DNA of 64,000 bases from Actinomycetota bacterium (GCA_018400395.1 JAGYMN010000001.1:2354-66353), one strand, 5' to 3'. Positions 29,470 to 39,380 are shown, numbered from the stretch's first letter. Notes: generated by a model not told the origin, from the sequence alone. A program made the numbers and translations.

Positions 29470-29759
29470 CTATTTCTTTTTTAGTTCAGGAGGCAGTTCG
29501 GAAATATTAAAAACCTGTCCGGGATTGATTAGATTTACATCTTTTATTTCATCCTTATTAGCACTCTGTATCAGTTCATAGTATTTTTTTGCTATAGCAC
29601 TTAAAGTATCACTTTTTTTACAGTGTGTTTTGCAATTATTCCCGGCTCTTTTTTAACACCATAAACCCCCGGGGCCGATCCTGCTCTTCTTGCGCTTGTC
29701 CTTAACCGGGATGATGCAGCCCCAAGTCTCAACTTCTTATCTGCTTCCATTTTTTCCAT
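29470..29759 (-). pseudogene. LysM-domain protein gene interrupted by a single-base frameshift at an A7/T7 homopolymer
   Basis: Own translation: MEKMEADKKLRLGAASSRLRTSARRAGSAPGVYGVKKEPGIIAKHTVKK|V I L* then next frame …SDTLSAIAKKYYELIQSANKDEIKDVNLINPGQVFNISELPPELKKK* (LysM consensus Y.VKKGDTLS.IA…N.I.PGQ). One extra base in the T7 run at 29613-29619 restores a ~96-aa ORF. Confidence 0.6.
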
Positions 29760-30073
29760 TTTCTTCCTGGATGCCTCGGCGCGTGCCTTTGCAATTTTTG
29801 CCTGTCAAATATACCCATTTTCCCTCCTATCTTGAAGTAACTTAGGCTCCCGTCATGATCCTTTTCAAGGGCATTTGATATCGCCCTGGCTTACTGCTCA
29901 TTAGAAGCATTTTTATCATTTTAGTAAAAACACGGGATATTTGATTCATAAAATAATGCGGCAAACAAATAATAGACCTGTAAAAATAAATTTAATTTAC
30001 TCCAGTGTAGCCCGGAATCATAATTACACAAATAATCTTTTTGCCATTTATTTTCTTTCTAAAATTTCCTGTT

Positions 30074-30098
30074 TTAAAAAGCATTTTTCATATGCTTT
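30074..30098 (-). terminator. Weak intrinsic terminator overlapping yraN stop (AAAGCAT-atgaaaa-ATGCTTTTT on minus strand)
   Basis: 7-bp AT-rich stem plus U5; directly visible. Confidence 0.35.
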
Positions 30099-30499
30099 AT
30101 GCTGCAGAATTTTTCTGGATTTAAAGCAAGTTTTTTCAAGTTCCCGAAACCCCTATAATATTTTTCCAATTCTTTCCTGTTTATCTGTATGGATATAACA
30201 TCAAATCTTGCATTAATTTTATAACAATTATTCTCAGCAAGAAATATCTCTGCAACCTTTCTTATTCTCCTGCTCCTCGCAGGGACTATGCTTTCTTCCG
30301 GTAAGCCAAAATATTTCGAAGTCCTCGTCTTAACCTCTAAAAATATCAGTGTATTATCTTTCTCTGCTATAATGTCTATCTCTCCTGCCGGAATGAGATA
30401 ATTTTTCTCAATTATATGGTGTCCCGTTTTTTTCAGATGTTCCCCTGCTATCAACTCGCCTATGGTCCCAATCTGTTTTTTATTCCACAAAAGGTCCAT
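30074..30499 (-). CDS. yraN: YraN family (UPF0102) predicted endonuclease
   Basis: 141 aa; GEIDII…LIFLEVKTR PD-(D/E)xK core; canonical position after rnhB. Confidence 0.85.
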   Translation of the reverse strand: MDLLWNKKQIGTIGELIAGEHLKKTGHHIIEKNYLIPAGEIDIIAEKDNTLIFLEVKTRTSKYFGLPEESIVPARSRRIRKVAEIFLAENNCYKINARFDVISIQINRKELEKYYRGFGNLKKLALNPEKFCSIKHMKNAF

Positions 30500-31154
30500 C
30501 CCTGAAATCTTTTACCCCCTTAAAGCTCATCCTGTGTACGCTTGTAGGACCATATTTTTTTATGGACAAAAGATGCTCCCTGGTTCCGTATCCCATATTA
30601 TGATCAAAACCGTACTCCGGAAATAAAAGGGCCATTTTTTTCATCATCCTGTCCCTTGTTACCTTCGCCATTATTGAAGCTGCTGCAATAGAAATACTTC
30701 TCTGGTCCCCTTCCAGGATAGGTATAAATCCTGTCTTGCTCGATGAGGTCAGCATGTCGCTGCTTATGTTTATAAAATCTGATATTATTATATCCGGTTT
30801 AACCTTTAGACCTGTAGCAGCCATATCAAAAGCCATTATATTTGCTTTTGTTATTTTGTTCTTATCTATTTCTTCCGGGCTTATTTCCGCTACAGACCAT
30901 GATATGCATGAATCTTTTATCTTTTCAAAAAGCCCTTCTCTTTCAGCGGGAGAAATTTTTTTAGAATCATCAATTCTCTCTATCAACAGCTTTTTCCGGT
31001 CAAGTATAACTGCTGCTGCAACCAGCGGGCCTGCCAGAGAGCCTCTTCCGACTTCATCAACCCCTGCTACAAGATCATAGCCCATACAGTATAGCTCATC
31101 CTCACAAAAGCAGAGATTGTTTAGTCTTTTAATTTCAGAAAAATCCATTTTCAC
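30480..31154 (-). CDS. rnhB: Ribonuclease HII
   Basis: 224 aa; GVDEVGRGSLAGPLVAAAV motif. Confidence 0.95.
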   Translation of the reverse strand: MKMDFSEIKRLNNLCFCEDELYCMGYDLVAGVDEVGRGSLAGPLVAAAVILDRKKLLIERIDDSKKISPAEREGLFEKIKDSCISWSVAEISPEEIDKNKITKANIMAFDMAATGLKVKPDIIISDFINISSDMLTSSSKTGFIPILEGDQRSISIAAASIMAKVTRDRMMKKMALLFPEYGFDHNMGYGTREHLLSIKKYGPTSVHRMSFKGVKDFRDGPFVE

Positions 31155-31165
31155 AGATTAAAACA

Positions 31166-31708
31166 TTACCACCTCGAAGGCGGCCAGTATACTATAAGAA
31201 ATTCCCCAAATATATTTTCCTCAGGAATCATACCAAAATATCTGCTGTCAAAACTATTATTCCTGTTATCTCCCATCACGAATATTTCATTTTCACCAAC
31301 TGCAAATGTCTTATTAAGGTATTCTATGCTCTGTCCGGACATTATATAATTTTCCATCATTTTTTCACCGTTTACGAATATATTTCCCTCACCGGTGAGC
31401 ATTATTTCGTCACCTTCTATTCCTATTACCCTTTTTACCAGGTCTTTATCCTCTTCTATAGTAGAATGAAAACCTACTATATCCCCTCTCTCAATGCTTC
31501 CTAATTTATATGATAGTTTATTTATTATTACCCTGTCTCCTACCATAAGGGTAGGTTCCATAGAAGGAGTTGGGACAATGAATGGTTCAAATATGAATAT
31601 TCTTATAAGGATGGCCAATATAACTGCACCTATAACAGCAATAAGATAGCCCAGTGCTTCATGTATCGCTTCACTGGTTTTACTGCCATTTTTTTTAAAA
31701 TCAGGCAT
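31166..31708 (-). CDS. lepB: Signal peptidase I
   Basis: 180 aa; N-terminal TM, catalytic PSMEPTL (Ser) and box with K; GDNR…S box E. Confidence 0.9.
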   Translation of the reverse strand: MPDFKKNGSKTSEAIHEALGYLIAVIGAVILAILIRIFIFEPFIVPTPSMEPTLMVGDRVIINKLSYKLGSIERGDIVGFHSTIEEDKDLVKRVIGIEGDEIMLTGEGNIFVNGEKMMENYIMSGQSIEYLNKTFAVGENEIFVMGDNRNNSFDSRYFGMIPEENIFGEFLIVYWPPSRW

Positions 31709-31724
31709 TAGATTACATAACTGC

Positions 31725-32069
31725 TTACTTTTTTATTTTTACTTTTGCCTTTTTTCCAACCATGCCTCTCAGGTAATACAATTTTGCCCTTCTGACTATA
31801 CCTTCATCTATTCTCTCTATTGACTGTATTACCGGGGAATGCAAAAGAAAGGTCCTTTCGACACCTATGTTATTAAAAGAAATCTTCCTCACGGTAAAAG
31901 TCTTATTAATGCCTGAACCCTGTTTCTTTATAACTCTTCCCTCAAATGCCTGAATGCGGTCTTTGTTTTCCTCGCTTATCTTTATGCTGACTCTCACTCT
32001 ATCACCGGGTTTGAAGCCTGTGATGTCTTCCTTTAAATATTTATTTTCAAGCTTGTCTATTTTATTCAT
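31725..32069 (-). CDS. rplS: 50S ribosomal protein L19
   Basis: 114 aa; typical L19 sequence and trmD-rplS synteny. Confidence 0.95.
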   Translation of the reverse strand: MNKIDKLENKYLKEDITGFKPGDRVRVSIKISEENKDRIQAFEGRVIKKQGSGINKTFTVRKISFNNIGVERTFLLHSPVIQSIERIDEGIVRRAKLYYLRGMVGKKAKVKIKK

Positions 32070-32124
32070 GTCTTCACTCCAGAATCAATAATTAAATGGA
32101 TAAAACCTATAAAATATAATTAAT

Positions 32125-32823
32125 TTAGTGATTTTTGTCAAACAAATCCGGTCTTCTTTTTTTTGTTATCTCAATTGATTTTTTTATTCTCCACTTTTTA
32201 ATCTCTCCATGATCTCCGCTGAGCAGTACTTCAGGAACTTCTATCCCCCTGTATTCAGGGGGTCTTGTATACTGGGGCCAGTCCAGAAGGCCAGTCTCAA
32301 AAGATTCTGAATCTATTGATTCTTTTTTACCTAAAACCCCCGGGATCAGCCTTATTATCCCATCAAGTATTACCATTGCCGGCAGTTCACCCCCTGTAAG
32401 CACATAATCCCCAATTGATATCTCCATGTCTACTGACAGGTCTGTAAATCTCTGGTCTACACCCTCGTATCTACCGCATATAAGAATAATATTTTCCAGC
32501 AATGACATTTTTTTTAAGATTTTCTGATTAAGTTTTTTGCCTGCAGGACTGAGCATAACAGTTTTTTGAAGTTTACTTTTACTGATACAATTTACTTTCT
32601 TTATATGATTTACGGCCCTGTCCAGAGGGCCTGCCTTCATTACCATTCCCGGCCCTCCGCCATAAGGCCTGTCATCTATTTTCCCGTGTTTATCTATCGA
32701 AAAATCCCTGAGATTGTATATATTAAGAGTGCATAAACCTTTTTTAAAAGCTTCCTTTATTACTCCATATTCAACAATATTTTTAAATATTTCAGGAAAA
32801 ATTGTAATAATATCAAAAATCAT
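32125..32823 (-). CDS. trmD: tRNA (guanine37-N1)-methyltransferase
   Basis: 232 aa; SPOUT trefoil-knot motifs (…LICGRYEGVDQR…GGELPAMV…). Confidence 0.95.
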   Translation of the reverse strand: MIFDIITIFPEIFKNIVEYGVIKEAFKKGLCTLNIYNLRDFSIDKHGKIDDRPYGGGPGMVMKAGPLDRAVNHIKKVNCISKSKLQKTVMLSPAGKKLNQKILKKMSLLENIILICGRYEGVDQRFTDLSVDMEISIGDYVLTGGELPAMVILDGIIRLIPGVLGKKESIDSESFETGLLDWPQYTRPPEYRGIEVPEVLLSGDHGEIKKWRIKKSIEITKKRRPDLFDKNH

Positions 32824-32855
32824 TATTTTTTTTACAGGATAATATTATTGGAAAA

Positions 32856-33413
32856 TCAAATATATTCAGGGATTTTTTTAATTATAATTATCTTTCTGGC
32901 AATATCTATTTCTTCTATATAATCCTTTACAAAAGGTATATAAAAAACTTTGGGAGAAGCAGCTTTCTTTTTATCTTTATCTTTTTTTTCCGGCCTGACC
33001 ATAAGAATCTCATTGGCAGGCAGTACATCCACTCTTTCTACTTTTCCCAGAGCATTTCCAGTTTTAAGGATTACCCTGCATCCTTCCAGATCGTCTATCC
33101 AGAACTCATTATATCCGGGAGACGGTGCGTCTCCTGATAATCTATATAATTCTTCTCCACTTATCCTGCGAGCATCTTCCCTGCTGTCGATTCCCTTAAA
33201 TTTAATAATCGCTTCTCTGGTACTTTTTGTTTTCTTAAAATATATACTTTCTATTATTGCTATTCTTGAACATTCCCTGTCAAGATATAATACCTGGCCC
33301 TCAGAAATAGAATCAGGATAGTCCGTAAGCAGCATAACACTTGATTCGCCCTTTATGCCATGCGGCTTTTTGACTATCCCGATCAACCTAGCATCTGCAT
33401 ATTCCTGCGACAT
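32856..33413 (-). CDS. rimM: Ribosome maturation factor RimM
   Basis: 185 aa; RimM N-domain + PRC barrel; position between KH protein and trmD. Confidence 0.9.
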   Translation of the reverse strand: MSQEYADARLIGIVKKPHGIKGESSVMLLTDYPDSISEGQVLYLDRECSRIAIIESIYFKKTKSTREAIIKFKGIDSREDARRISGEELYRLSGDAPSPGYNEFWIDDLEGCRVILKTGNALGKVERVDVLPANEILMVRPEKKDKDKKKAASPKVFYIPFVKDYIEEIDIARKIIIIKKIPEYI

Positions 33414-33444
33414 TTATTTTTTTTCAAAGATAAAATAAATAGTG

Positions 33445-33684
33445 TCAGTCAATTATCTTAACTATTGAAGATTTTCCTCTTTTGGCAGAGGCAGCTCTCA
33501 TAATAATCCTTAAAGCATTTGCAGTGCGTCCCTTTTTCCCTATTACCTTTCCCAGATCATCTTCTGCGACCTTGAGCTTGAAAATTATGGTTTTTTCGTC
33601 TTCTTCCTCCTCTTCAATCTCTACATTATCTGGATTGTCAACCAGCTCCTTAACCATGTACTCTAGTAGTTCTTTCACTTCCAT
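33445..33684 (-). CDS. khpA: KH-domain RNA-binding protein (KhpA/YlqC, UPF0109)
   Basis: 79 aa; VIGKKGRTANALR GxxG KH motif. Confidence 0.85.
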   Translation of the reverse strand: MEVKELLEYMVKELVDNPDNVEIEEEEEDEKTIIFKLKVAEDDLGKVIGKKGRTANALRIIMRAASAKRGKSSIVKIID

Positions 33685-33706
33685 ACCTCCAAGTTTAATT
33701 GTTTAA

Positions 33707-33952
33707 CTACACCTTTAGGTCTACTATTTTAAATATCTTTTCCACTGTGTTTGAGGGTTTCGCCCCTTTCTTGATCCATTCCACAGCTCTTTCTTTATCA
33801 AGGACAACAGTAGAAGGATCTGTTTTTGGATCATATGTTCCAATCTTTTCTATAAATTTCCCATCCCGCGGTGACCTGCTGTCTGTCACTACAATCCGGT
33901 AATAGGGTTGCTTTTTTGCACCAATCCTGGTCAATCTTATCTTTACACTCAA
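33707..33952 (-). CDS. rpsP: 30S ribosomal protein S16
   Basis: 81 aa; [25 protein letters not shown] start after GGAGG. Confidence 0.95.
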   Translation of the reverse strand: MSVKIRLTRIGAKKQPYYRIVVTDSRSPRDGKFIEKIGTYDPKTDPSTVVLDKERAVEWIKKGAKPSNTVEKIFKIVDLKV

Positions 33953-33995
33953 TCCGATATACCTCCAACTCTAAAAAATATCTTATGACTTTATA

Positions 33996-34023
33996 ATTAT
34001 ATAGTTTTATTTTTAACTTGCAA
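33996..34023 (-). promoter_or_regulatory. Sigma-70-like promoter for rpsP operon: -35 TTGCAA (34023..34018), 16-nt spacer, -10 TATAAT (34001..33996)
   Basis: Minus-strand TTGCAAgttaaaaataaaactaTATAAT in the ffh-rpsP spacer. Confidence 0.5.
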
Positions 34024-34030
34024 AATATTT

Positions 34031-35368
34031 TTAAAGCTTCAGTTCGCCTCCAAAAGGCAGGTTAAACTTACCTTTGAGCCCGGAAAGTTGCTTCATCATC
34101 TGTTTTGTCTTTGAGAATTGTGTCAGCAGCCTGTTAACTTCGTTAACAGAGCTCCCGCTTCCCCCTGCTATCCTTTTTTTTCTGCTTCCATTTATAACAG
34201 ATGGTCTTCTTCTTTCTTCTACTGTCATGGAATTTATTATTGCCTCCATGCGGTCTATATGCGTCTGATCAAATTTCATTTTCTTAAGGGTTTTATTTGC
34301 ACCCGGTATTGGAAGCATGGATAATATTTTATCAAAAGATCCCATCTTTTTTATACTTTTAATCTGAGTGATAAAATCCTCAAAATTGACCTCCTGTTTT
34401 TCTATTCTCCTGTAAAACTCTTCTGCTTTTTTCTCATCTATAACTTTTTCAGCTTTCTCTATTAACGTCAGGACATCACCTTTTCCAAGTATCCTGGAGG
34501 CTATCCTTTCCGGGTGAAAAATATCAAAGTCTTCAATCTTTTCTCCGCTGGATATAAATTTTATAGGTTTTCCTACAACATAGTATACTGACAGTGCTGC
34601 ACCTCCTCTGGTATCACTGTCAAGTTTTGTCAGTATTATTCCGTCACATTCTACAGCCGCGTTGAAAGTAGATGCTATATTTACAGCTTCCTGCCCTGTC
34701 ATTGCATCCAGAACCAGAAAAACCTGATGGGGTTTTACGGTATTTTTTATTCTTTTAACTTCATCCATCATCTTTTCATCTATTTGAAGCCGTCCCGCTG
34801 TATCAATTATTATTACATCGCTTCCCGACCTGGTTAATTTTTGTACCCCCTGTCTTGAGATTTCTACAGGATCAGAGCCTTTTGCAGAATAAACCTCAAC
34901 GTCTACCATTTCTGCCATATCCTGAAGTTGAAGCACTGCTGCCGGCCTGTATATATCAGCAGCAATAACAGATACTCTTTTTTGATTCTTCGTTTTAAAA
35001 TAATTAGCAAGTTTGATAACAGAAGATGTTTTCCCTGTTCCCTGAAGACCTACCATCATTACAACCGTTGGCCCATTCTGGGCAAAATTTACATTACCGC
35101 TGGTTGAGCCCAGCATTTTTACCATCTCATCATTTACTATCTTTATGATCTGCTGTGCAGGAGTCAGGCTTTCCATTACTTCCTTTCCAATAGCTTTCTG
35201 CTTTAAATTGGATAGAAATTCTTTAACTACCTTAAAATTTACATCTGCCTCCAGAAGTGCAAGCTTTATCTCTCTTAAGGCCTTTTCCAGATCACCGGTA
35301 CTTAATTTTCCTTTATTTCTAATTTTGTAAAAAAGGTCCTCAAATTTTGAGGTTAATTGTTCAAACAT
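34031..35368 (-). CDS. ffh: Signal recognition particle protein Ffh
   Basis: 445 aa; NG domain GLQGTGKTS, M-domain Met-rich C-terminus. Confidence 0.95.
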   Translation of the reverse strand: MFEQLTSKFEDLFYKIRNKGKLSTGDLEKALREIKLALLEADVNFKVVKEFLSNLKQKAIGKEVMESLTPAQQIIKIVNDEMVKMLGSTSGNVNFAQNGPTVVMMVGLQGTGKTSSVIKLANYFKTKNQKRVSVIAADIYRPAAVLQLQDMAEMVDVEVYSAKGSDPVEISRQGVQKLTRSGSDVIIIDTAGRLQIDEKMMDEVKRIKNTVKPHQVFLVLDAMTGQEAVNIASTFNAAVECDGIILTKLDSDTRGGAALSVYYVVGKPIKFISSGEKIEDFDIFHPERIASRILGKGDVLTLIEKAEKVIDEKKAEEFYRRIEKQEVNFEDFITQIKSIKKMGSFDKILSMLPIPGANKTLKKMKFDQTHIDRMEAIINSMTVEERRRPSVINGSRKKRIAGGSGSSVNEVNRLLTQFSKTKQMMKQLSGLKGKFNLPFGGELKL

Positions 35369-35418
35369 CTGTATATACCTTTAAAACTATTAATATTTAT
35401 TAAATCTGATAATTAATA

Positions 35419-36291
35419 TCATGAAAACATCATATCAGCAAAACTGCCTGCATCAAAATAATATATATCTTCGAGTTTCTCTCCGTCTGTTATTATCCTG
35501 ACCGGTATTTTAAGATCATTTTTTATTGTAATAATTATTCCTCCTCTTGAAGTGCTGTCTACCTTCGTAAGTATTATTCCAGTTACATCAACCGATTCTG
35601 CAAATTTTTCTGCCTGATTCCTCGCATTCTGACCCGTTGTTGAATCTATAGTAAGAAGGACCTCGTCCGGCCCCCTGCCCAGCTTTTTTCTTACAACCAT
35701 TTTTATCTTTTTAAGCTCTTCCATAAGGTTATATGATGTCTGCATCCTTCCCGCTGTATCTATAATTACGATATCTGCCCTCCTGGCTACTGCTTTCTCC
35801 AGGCTGTCATATACAACTGCTCCAGGATCAGAATTCCTCTGATGACTTACCATGTCAATACCCAGTATTTCTGCAAAGTGTCCGAGCTGCTCTACTGCTG
35901 CAGCCCGGAATGTATCTGCTGCAGCAATTATTATCTTTTTACCCTGTTTTTTAAACATATTTGCAATCTTTGCAATCGAAGAAGTCTTGCCTGTACCATT
36001 TACCCCAACAACCATATATACTGTCGGAGGTTCATCTGAATATTTAAGCTCCCTTTTCCCACCTGTACCCAGTATGTCTGCTATCTCTTCCTTCAATAAA
36101 TTCCGCAGACCCTCCGGACCGCTGATTTTTTCCTGATATGATTTTCTTTTCATATCACTTATTATCTTCTCTGCTGTATTGATGCTCACATCTGAGGTAA
36201 TCAGCTGTTCTTCCAGGTCATCCCAGAACTTATCGTCTATTTTTTTAAACTTCTGCCATATAAAATTTATTTTCTCAAATACTTTTTTCAT
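35419..36291 (-). CDS. ftsY: SRP receptor FtsY (NG domain only, short form)
   Basis: 290 aa; GVNGTGKTS, DTAGR, TKVD motifs. Confidence 0.9.
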   Translation of the reverse strand: MKKVFEKINFIWQKFKKIDDKFWDDLEEQLITSDVSINTAEKIISDMKRKSYQEKISGPEGLRNLLKEEIADILGTGGKRELKYSDEPPTVYMVVGVNGTGKTSSIAKIANMFKKQGKKIIIAAADTFRAAAVEQLGHFAEILGIDMVSHQRNSDPGAVVYDSLEKAVARRADIVIIDTAGRMQTSYNLMEELKKIKMVVRKKLGRGPDEVLLTIDSTTGQNARNQAEKFAESVDVTGIILTKVDSTSRGGIIITIKNDLKIPVRIITDGEKLEDIYYFDAGSFADMMFS

Positions 36292-36293
36292 TT

Positions 36294-38636
36294 TTATTTA
36301 TCCATTATTCCAGCTGCATCTTTTTTATCTATTTTTTCAGATACCACCTTTGATATTCCATCGGACTGCATGGTAACCCCGTATATTTTGTCAGCTATCT
36401 CCATTGTCTTTTTCTGATGGGTTATTATTATTATCTGCTGCTTTTCAGAAAATTTCTTAACAAGGCTCAAAAACCTTGCGATATTCGCATCATCAAGAGC
36501 TGCGTCAACCTCATCAAAAACATAAAAAGGAGCAGTGTTTATAGAAAAAACAGAAAATTGAAAAGCCAGAGATACCAGTGATTTTTCTCCCCCGCTTAAA
36601 AGTGAAAGCGACACCAGTTTATTATTTCCTATATCAACCTTTAGATCCACCCCCATGTCTTCATCCTCTGACCCTCCGTTTTCATAGCTTTCGAGAATCA
36701 TTTCACCCTCTCCGTGAGGAAAGAGTATTTTAAAATACTTCTGGAAGGATTCATTTATTTTTTCAAACTTTTCAAGAAAGATACTGCTTATTTTTTCATT
36801 TATTTCCTTAATCAGTTCCTTAAGCTGATTTCCGGCTTCAACCAGGTCTTTTCTCTGTTCATCAAGGAAATCATACCTTTTCTTTATCTTAGAAAATTCA
36901 ATAGCAGCATTTGGATTGACGTTTCCAAAATTTTTCATCCTGGACTTAAGTCTTTTTACCCTTGCTTCTGATTCCTGTGTATTTCCGGAAGGTTTAAAGT
37001 TTTTTGAGGCATATTCTATTGAAACATTATAATCATCTACCATTGCTGATGTTATGGATTTTACCTTTTCCTTCACCTGCTCTTTTCTTAAATCTATTTT
37101 ATATATTTCATTCTCAAACCTGTTTACGTCTAATTTTAAATCACTGATCTTTCTATCGTATCCGTTTATTTTATCCCGGTCATTTGAGATTAATTCTTTA
37201 TGCCTTTCAAATTCAGGGTATAACCTCTCTTTTATTATTTCTGATGAGGTTCCGAAACTTTCAAGCACTGCTAACATCCTGTCAGCCCTCTCGAGATTTA
37301 CCCTGCATACCTCTTTTATATCCTGGATCTTTCTTATTTTCTTATCTATCGACATGTCCTGGACTTTCTTTTCTCTATCCGGGCTTCTTTCAGATTTTTT
37401 TGATTTTGGAAAAGAACCAGCCGCCTTTATATCCTCGATTATGCTTCCCAGCCCCTCTATAATCCTATTCCCTTCACCGATTACAGTTTCTGCATCATGT
37501 TCTACTTTTAACTGGACTCTAATACTTTCCAGAAAATCCCTCATTCTATTTTCTAATTTCTCTAATCTTTTTTTAACCTTTTCCAGAAATGATAAATCAA
37601 CATAAGCCCCATCCTGTTTGCCGGGAACAATCTTTTTTACAGTCTTATGTGGTAAAACACCATTTTCAAGCTCCATTTCAAACATACTGTAAAGTGTAGA
37701 AAATACATTTTTTTTGCTTTTTACAAGGGCTATACTGTTTGAAAGAATCCCCAGACTGCTGTCAAATGATTCAATCCTTGCCCTTAAATTTTCATATTCA
37801 GCCTGTTCAGACCCAATGTTACTGAAAAGGTCATTTTTTTCTTTTTCTATTTTTAATATCCTGTTGTCTGTTCCCCTTATGCTCTCCCTTAATTTTTTAC
37901 TCCGTCCTTCTATCTCGTCCCATAGAATGTTATACCTTTTGAGATCCGAAAGAAAAAGGGATATCTCTTCTTTTTTAAGCTCATTTGCCATATCAGCATA
38001 TTCTCTTGCCCTTTTTGATTCTATTTCAAGTGGATCCATAGTCCTTTTTATTTCTATCATCAAATCATCCAGCCTGCCGATATCGCTTTTTACCTTATCA
38101 ATTTTATCAATGGATTTCTTTCTCCTATTTTTATGTTTTGACAGTCCAATCATCTCATCTATTACAAGTTTTCTCTCAGCAGGTTTTAAAATCGCTATTT
38201 CATTTACCTGGCCCTGATTAATTATAATATGAAGGCCTTTTCCTATACCTGAATCACCTGTCATTTCCTGGATATCCATAAGCCTGCATGGGGACGAATT
38301 TATGAAATAATCACTTCCGCCCCGGCTAAAAACATGCCTTGTTATTTTCACATCCCTGAAATCTACATCGAATATTCTGTCCCTGTTGTCAAACAACAGT
38401 GAGACTTCTGCAATTCCCATTTCCTGATCCTTGCTCCTGAATATCACGTCTCCCATCGAGCTTCCCCTCAGGGATTTTGGGCTCTGTTCTCCAAGTACCC
38501 ATGAAATAGCATCTGCTACATTGCTCTTTCCGCTGCCGTTTGGCCCAACTATTACGCTTATTCCATGCTCAAAATCAAGGCTGCTTTTATTTGCAAACGA
38601 TTTAAAACCCCTGAGTGTTATATTTTTGAGGTACAA
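36294..38636 (-). CDS. smc: SMC-family chromosome segregation ATPase, unusually short (780 aa), hinge not recognisable
   Basis: N-terminal FKSFA…VVGPNGSGKSNVADAISWVLGEQS…LRG, C-terminal LSGGEKSLVSLAFQFSVF…FYVFDEVDAALD; canonical rnc-smc-ftsY synteny; ~400 aa shorter than typical bacterial SMC. Confidence 0.8.
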   Translation of the reverse strand: MYLKNITLRGFKSFANKSSLDFEHGISVIVGPNGSGKSNVADAISWVLGEQSPKSLRGSSMGDVIFRSKDQEMGIAEVSLLFDNRDRIFDVDFRDVKITRHVFSRGGSDYFINSSPCRLMDIQEMTGDSGIGKGLHIIINQGQVNEIAILKPAERKLVIDEMIGLSKHKNRRKKSIDKIDKVKSDIGRLDDLMIEIKRTMDPLEIESKRAREYADMANELKKEEISLFLSDLKRYNILWDEIEGRSKKLRESIRGTDNRILKIEKEKNDLFSNIGSEQAEYENLRARIESFDSSLGILSNSIALVKSKKNVFSTLYSMFEMELENGVLPHKTVKKIVPGKQDGAYVDLSFLEKVKKRLEKLENRMRDFLESIRVQLKVEHDAETVIGEGNRIIEGLGSIIEDIKAAGSFPKSKKSERSPDREKKVQDMSIDKKIRKIQDIKEVCRVNLERADRMLAVLESFGTSSEIIKERLYPEFERHKELISNDRDKINGYDRKISDLKLDVNRFENEIYKIDLRKEQVKEKVKSITSAMVDDYNVSIEYASKNFKPSGNTQESEARVKRLKSRMKNFGNVNPNAAIEFSKIKKRYDFLDEQRKDLVEAGNQLKELIKEINEKISSIFLEKFEKINESFQKYFKILFPHGEGEMILESYENGGSEDEDMGVDLKVDIGNNKLVSLSLLSGGEKSLVSLAFQFSVFSINTAPFYVFDEVDAALDDANIARFLSLVKKFSEKQQIIIITHQKKTMEIADKIYGVTMQSDGISKVVSEKIDKKDAAGIMDK

Positions 38637-38660
38637 TACTTATTCTCCGTATAATGGGTG

Positions 38661-39380
38661 CTATTGTAGATCTAAATTATATAATGAAATTAATGAATTT
38701 TTAGCAGCATTCTGTTCCGATTCCTTCTTGCTTGTTCCGGTACCTCTTCCCAGTATCTTCCTGTCCAGTAAAACCGCAGAATGAAATATCTTATCATGGT
38801 CAGGTCCTTCAGTCCCTGTCAACTTATATTTTACAAGCTTTGAAAAATCTGCCTGTACAGCTTCCTGAAGATATGTCTTGTAATCAGTGATATTGGGGGT
38901 ATTAATCATGTTTTCGATACGATTTTCATATATCTGTATAAGCCAGCTTTTAATAAACTTTATACCGCTGTCTATATATATAGCTCCTATCAATGCTTCC
39001 AGAGCATCTGCCAGTATTGATTCTTTTTTACGTCCCCTGGATAATTCTTCGTTTTCGCTTAACAGTATCTGCTGGTCTATCTTTGTCCTGAAGGCTATTT
39101 TTGAAAGAGTCTTCTTATTAACAAGAATAGCCCTGATTTTTGCAAGTCTTCCTTCAGAAAAATAGCTGTAATTATCAAAAAGGTAAGAAGTTATCACAAA
39201 TGAAAGTATGCTATCCCCAAGAAATTCAAGCTGTTCATTTCCTCTTGACTGTACATTTATCTGTCGGGCAAAAGACCTGTGGGTAAGAGCCTGTATATAT
39301 ATTTTAAGATCTCCGGGCTTTATTCCCAGACCTTCGAGCCAATCTCTGACTTTTTTTCTTAAAACTCCTTCATTGTCCAT
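38661..39380 (-). CDS. rnc: Ribonuclease III
   Basis: 239 aa; ERLEFLGDSIL signature, C-terminal dsRBD. Confidence 0.95.
   Translation of the reverse strand: MDNEGVLRKKVRDWLEGLGIKPGDLKIYIQALTHRSFARQINVQSRGNEQLEFLGDSILSFVITSYLFDNYSYFSEGRLAKIRAILVNKKTLSKIAFRTKIDQQILLSENEELSRGRKKESILADALEALIGAIYIDSGIKFIKSWLIQIYENRIENMINTPNITDYKTYLQEAVQADFSKLVKYKLTGTEGPDHDKIFHSAVLLDRKILGRGTGTSKKESEQNAAKNSLISLYNLDLQ

Noticed and set aside
29941-30198. 85-aa plus-strand ORF overlapping the yraN 3' end
   Set aside because: Overlaps yraN antisense and the AT-rich spacer; no start context; likely spurious.
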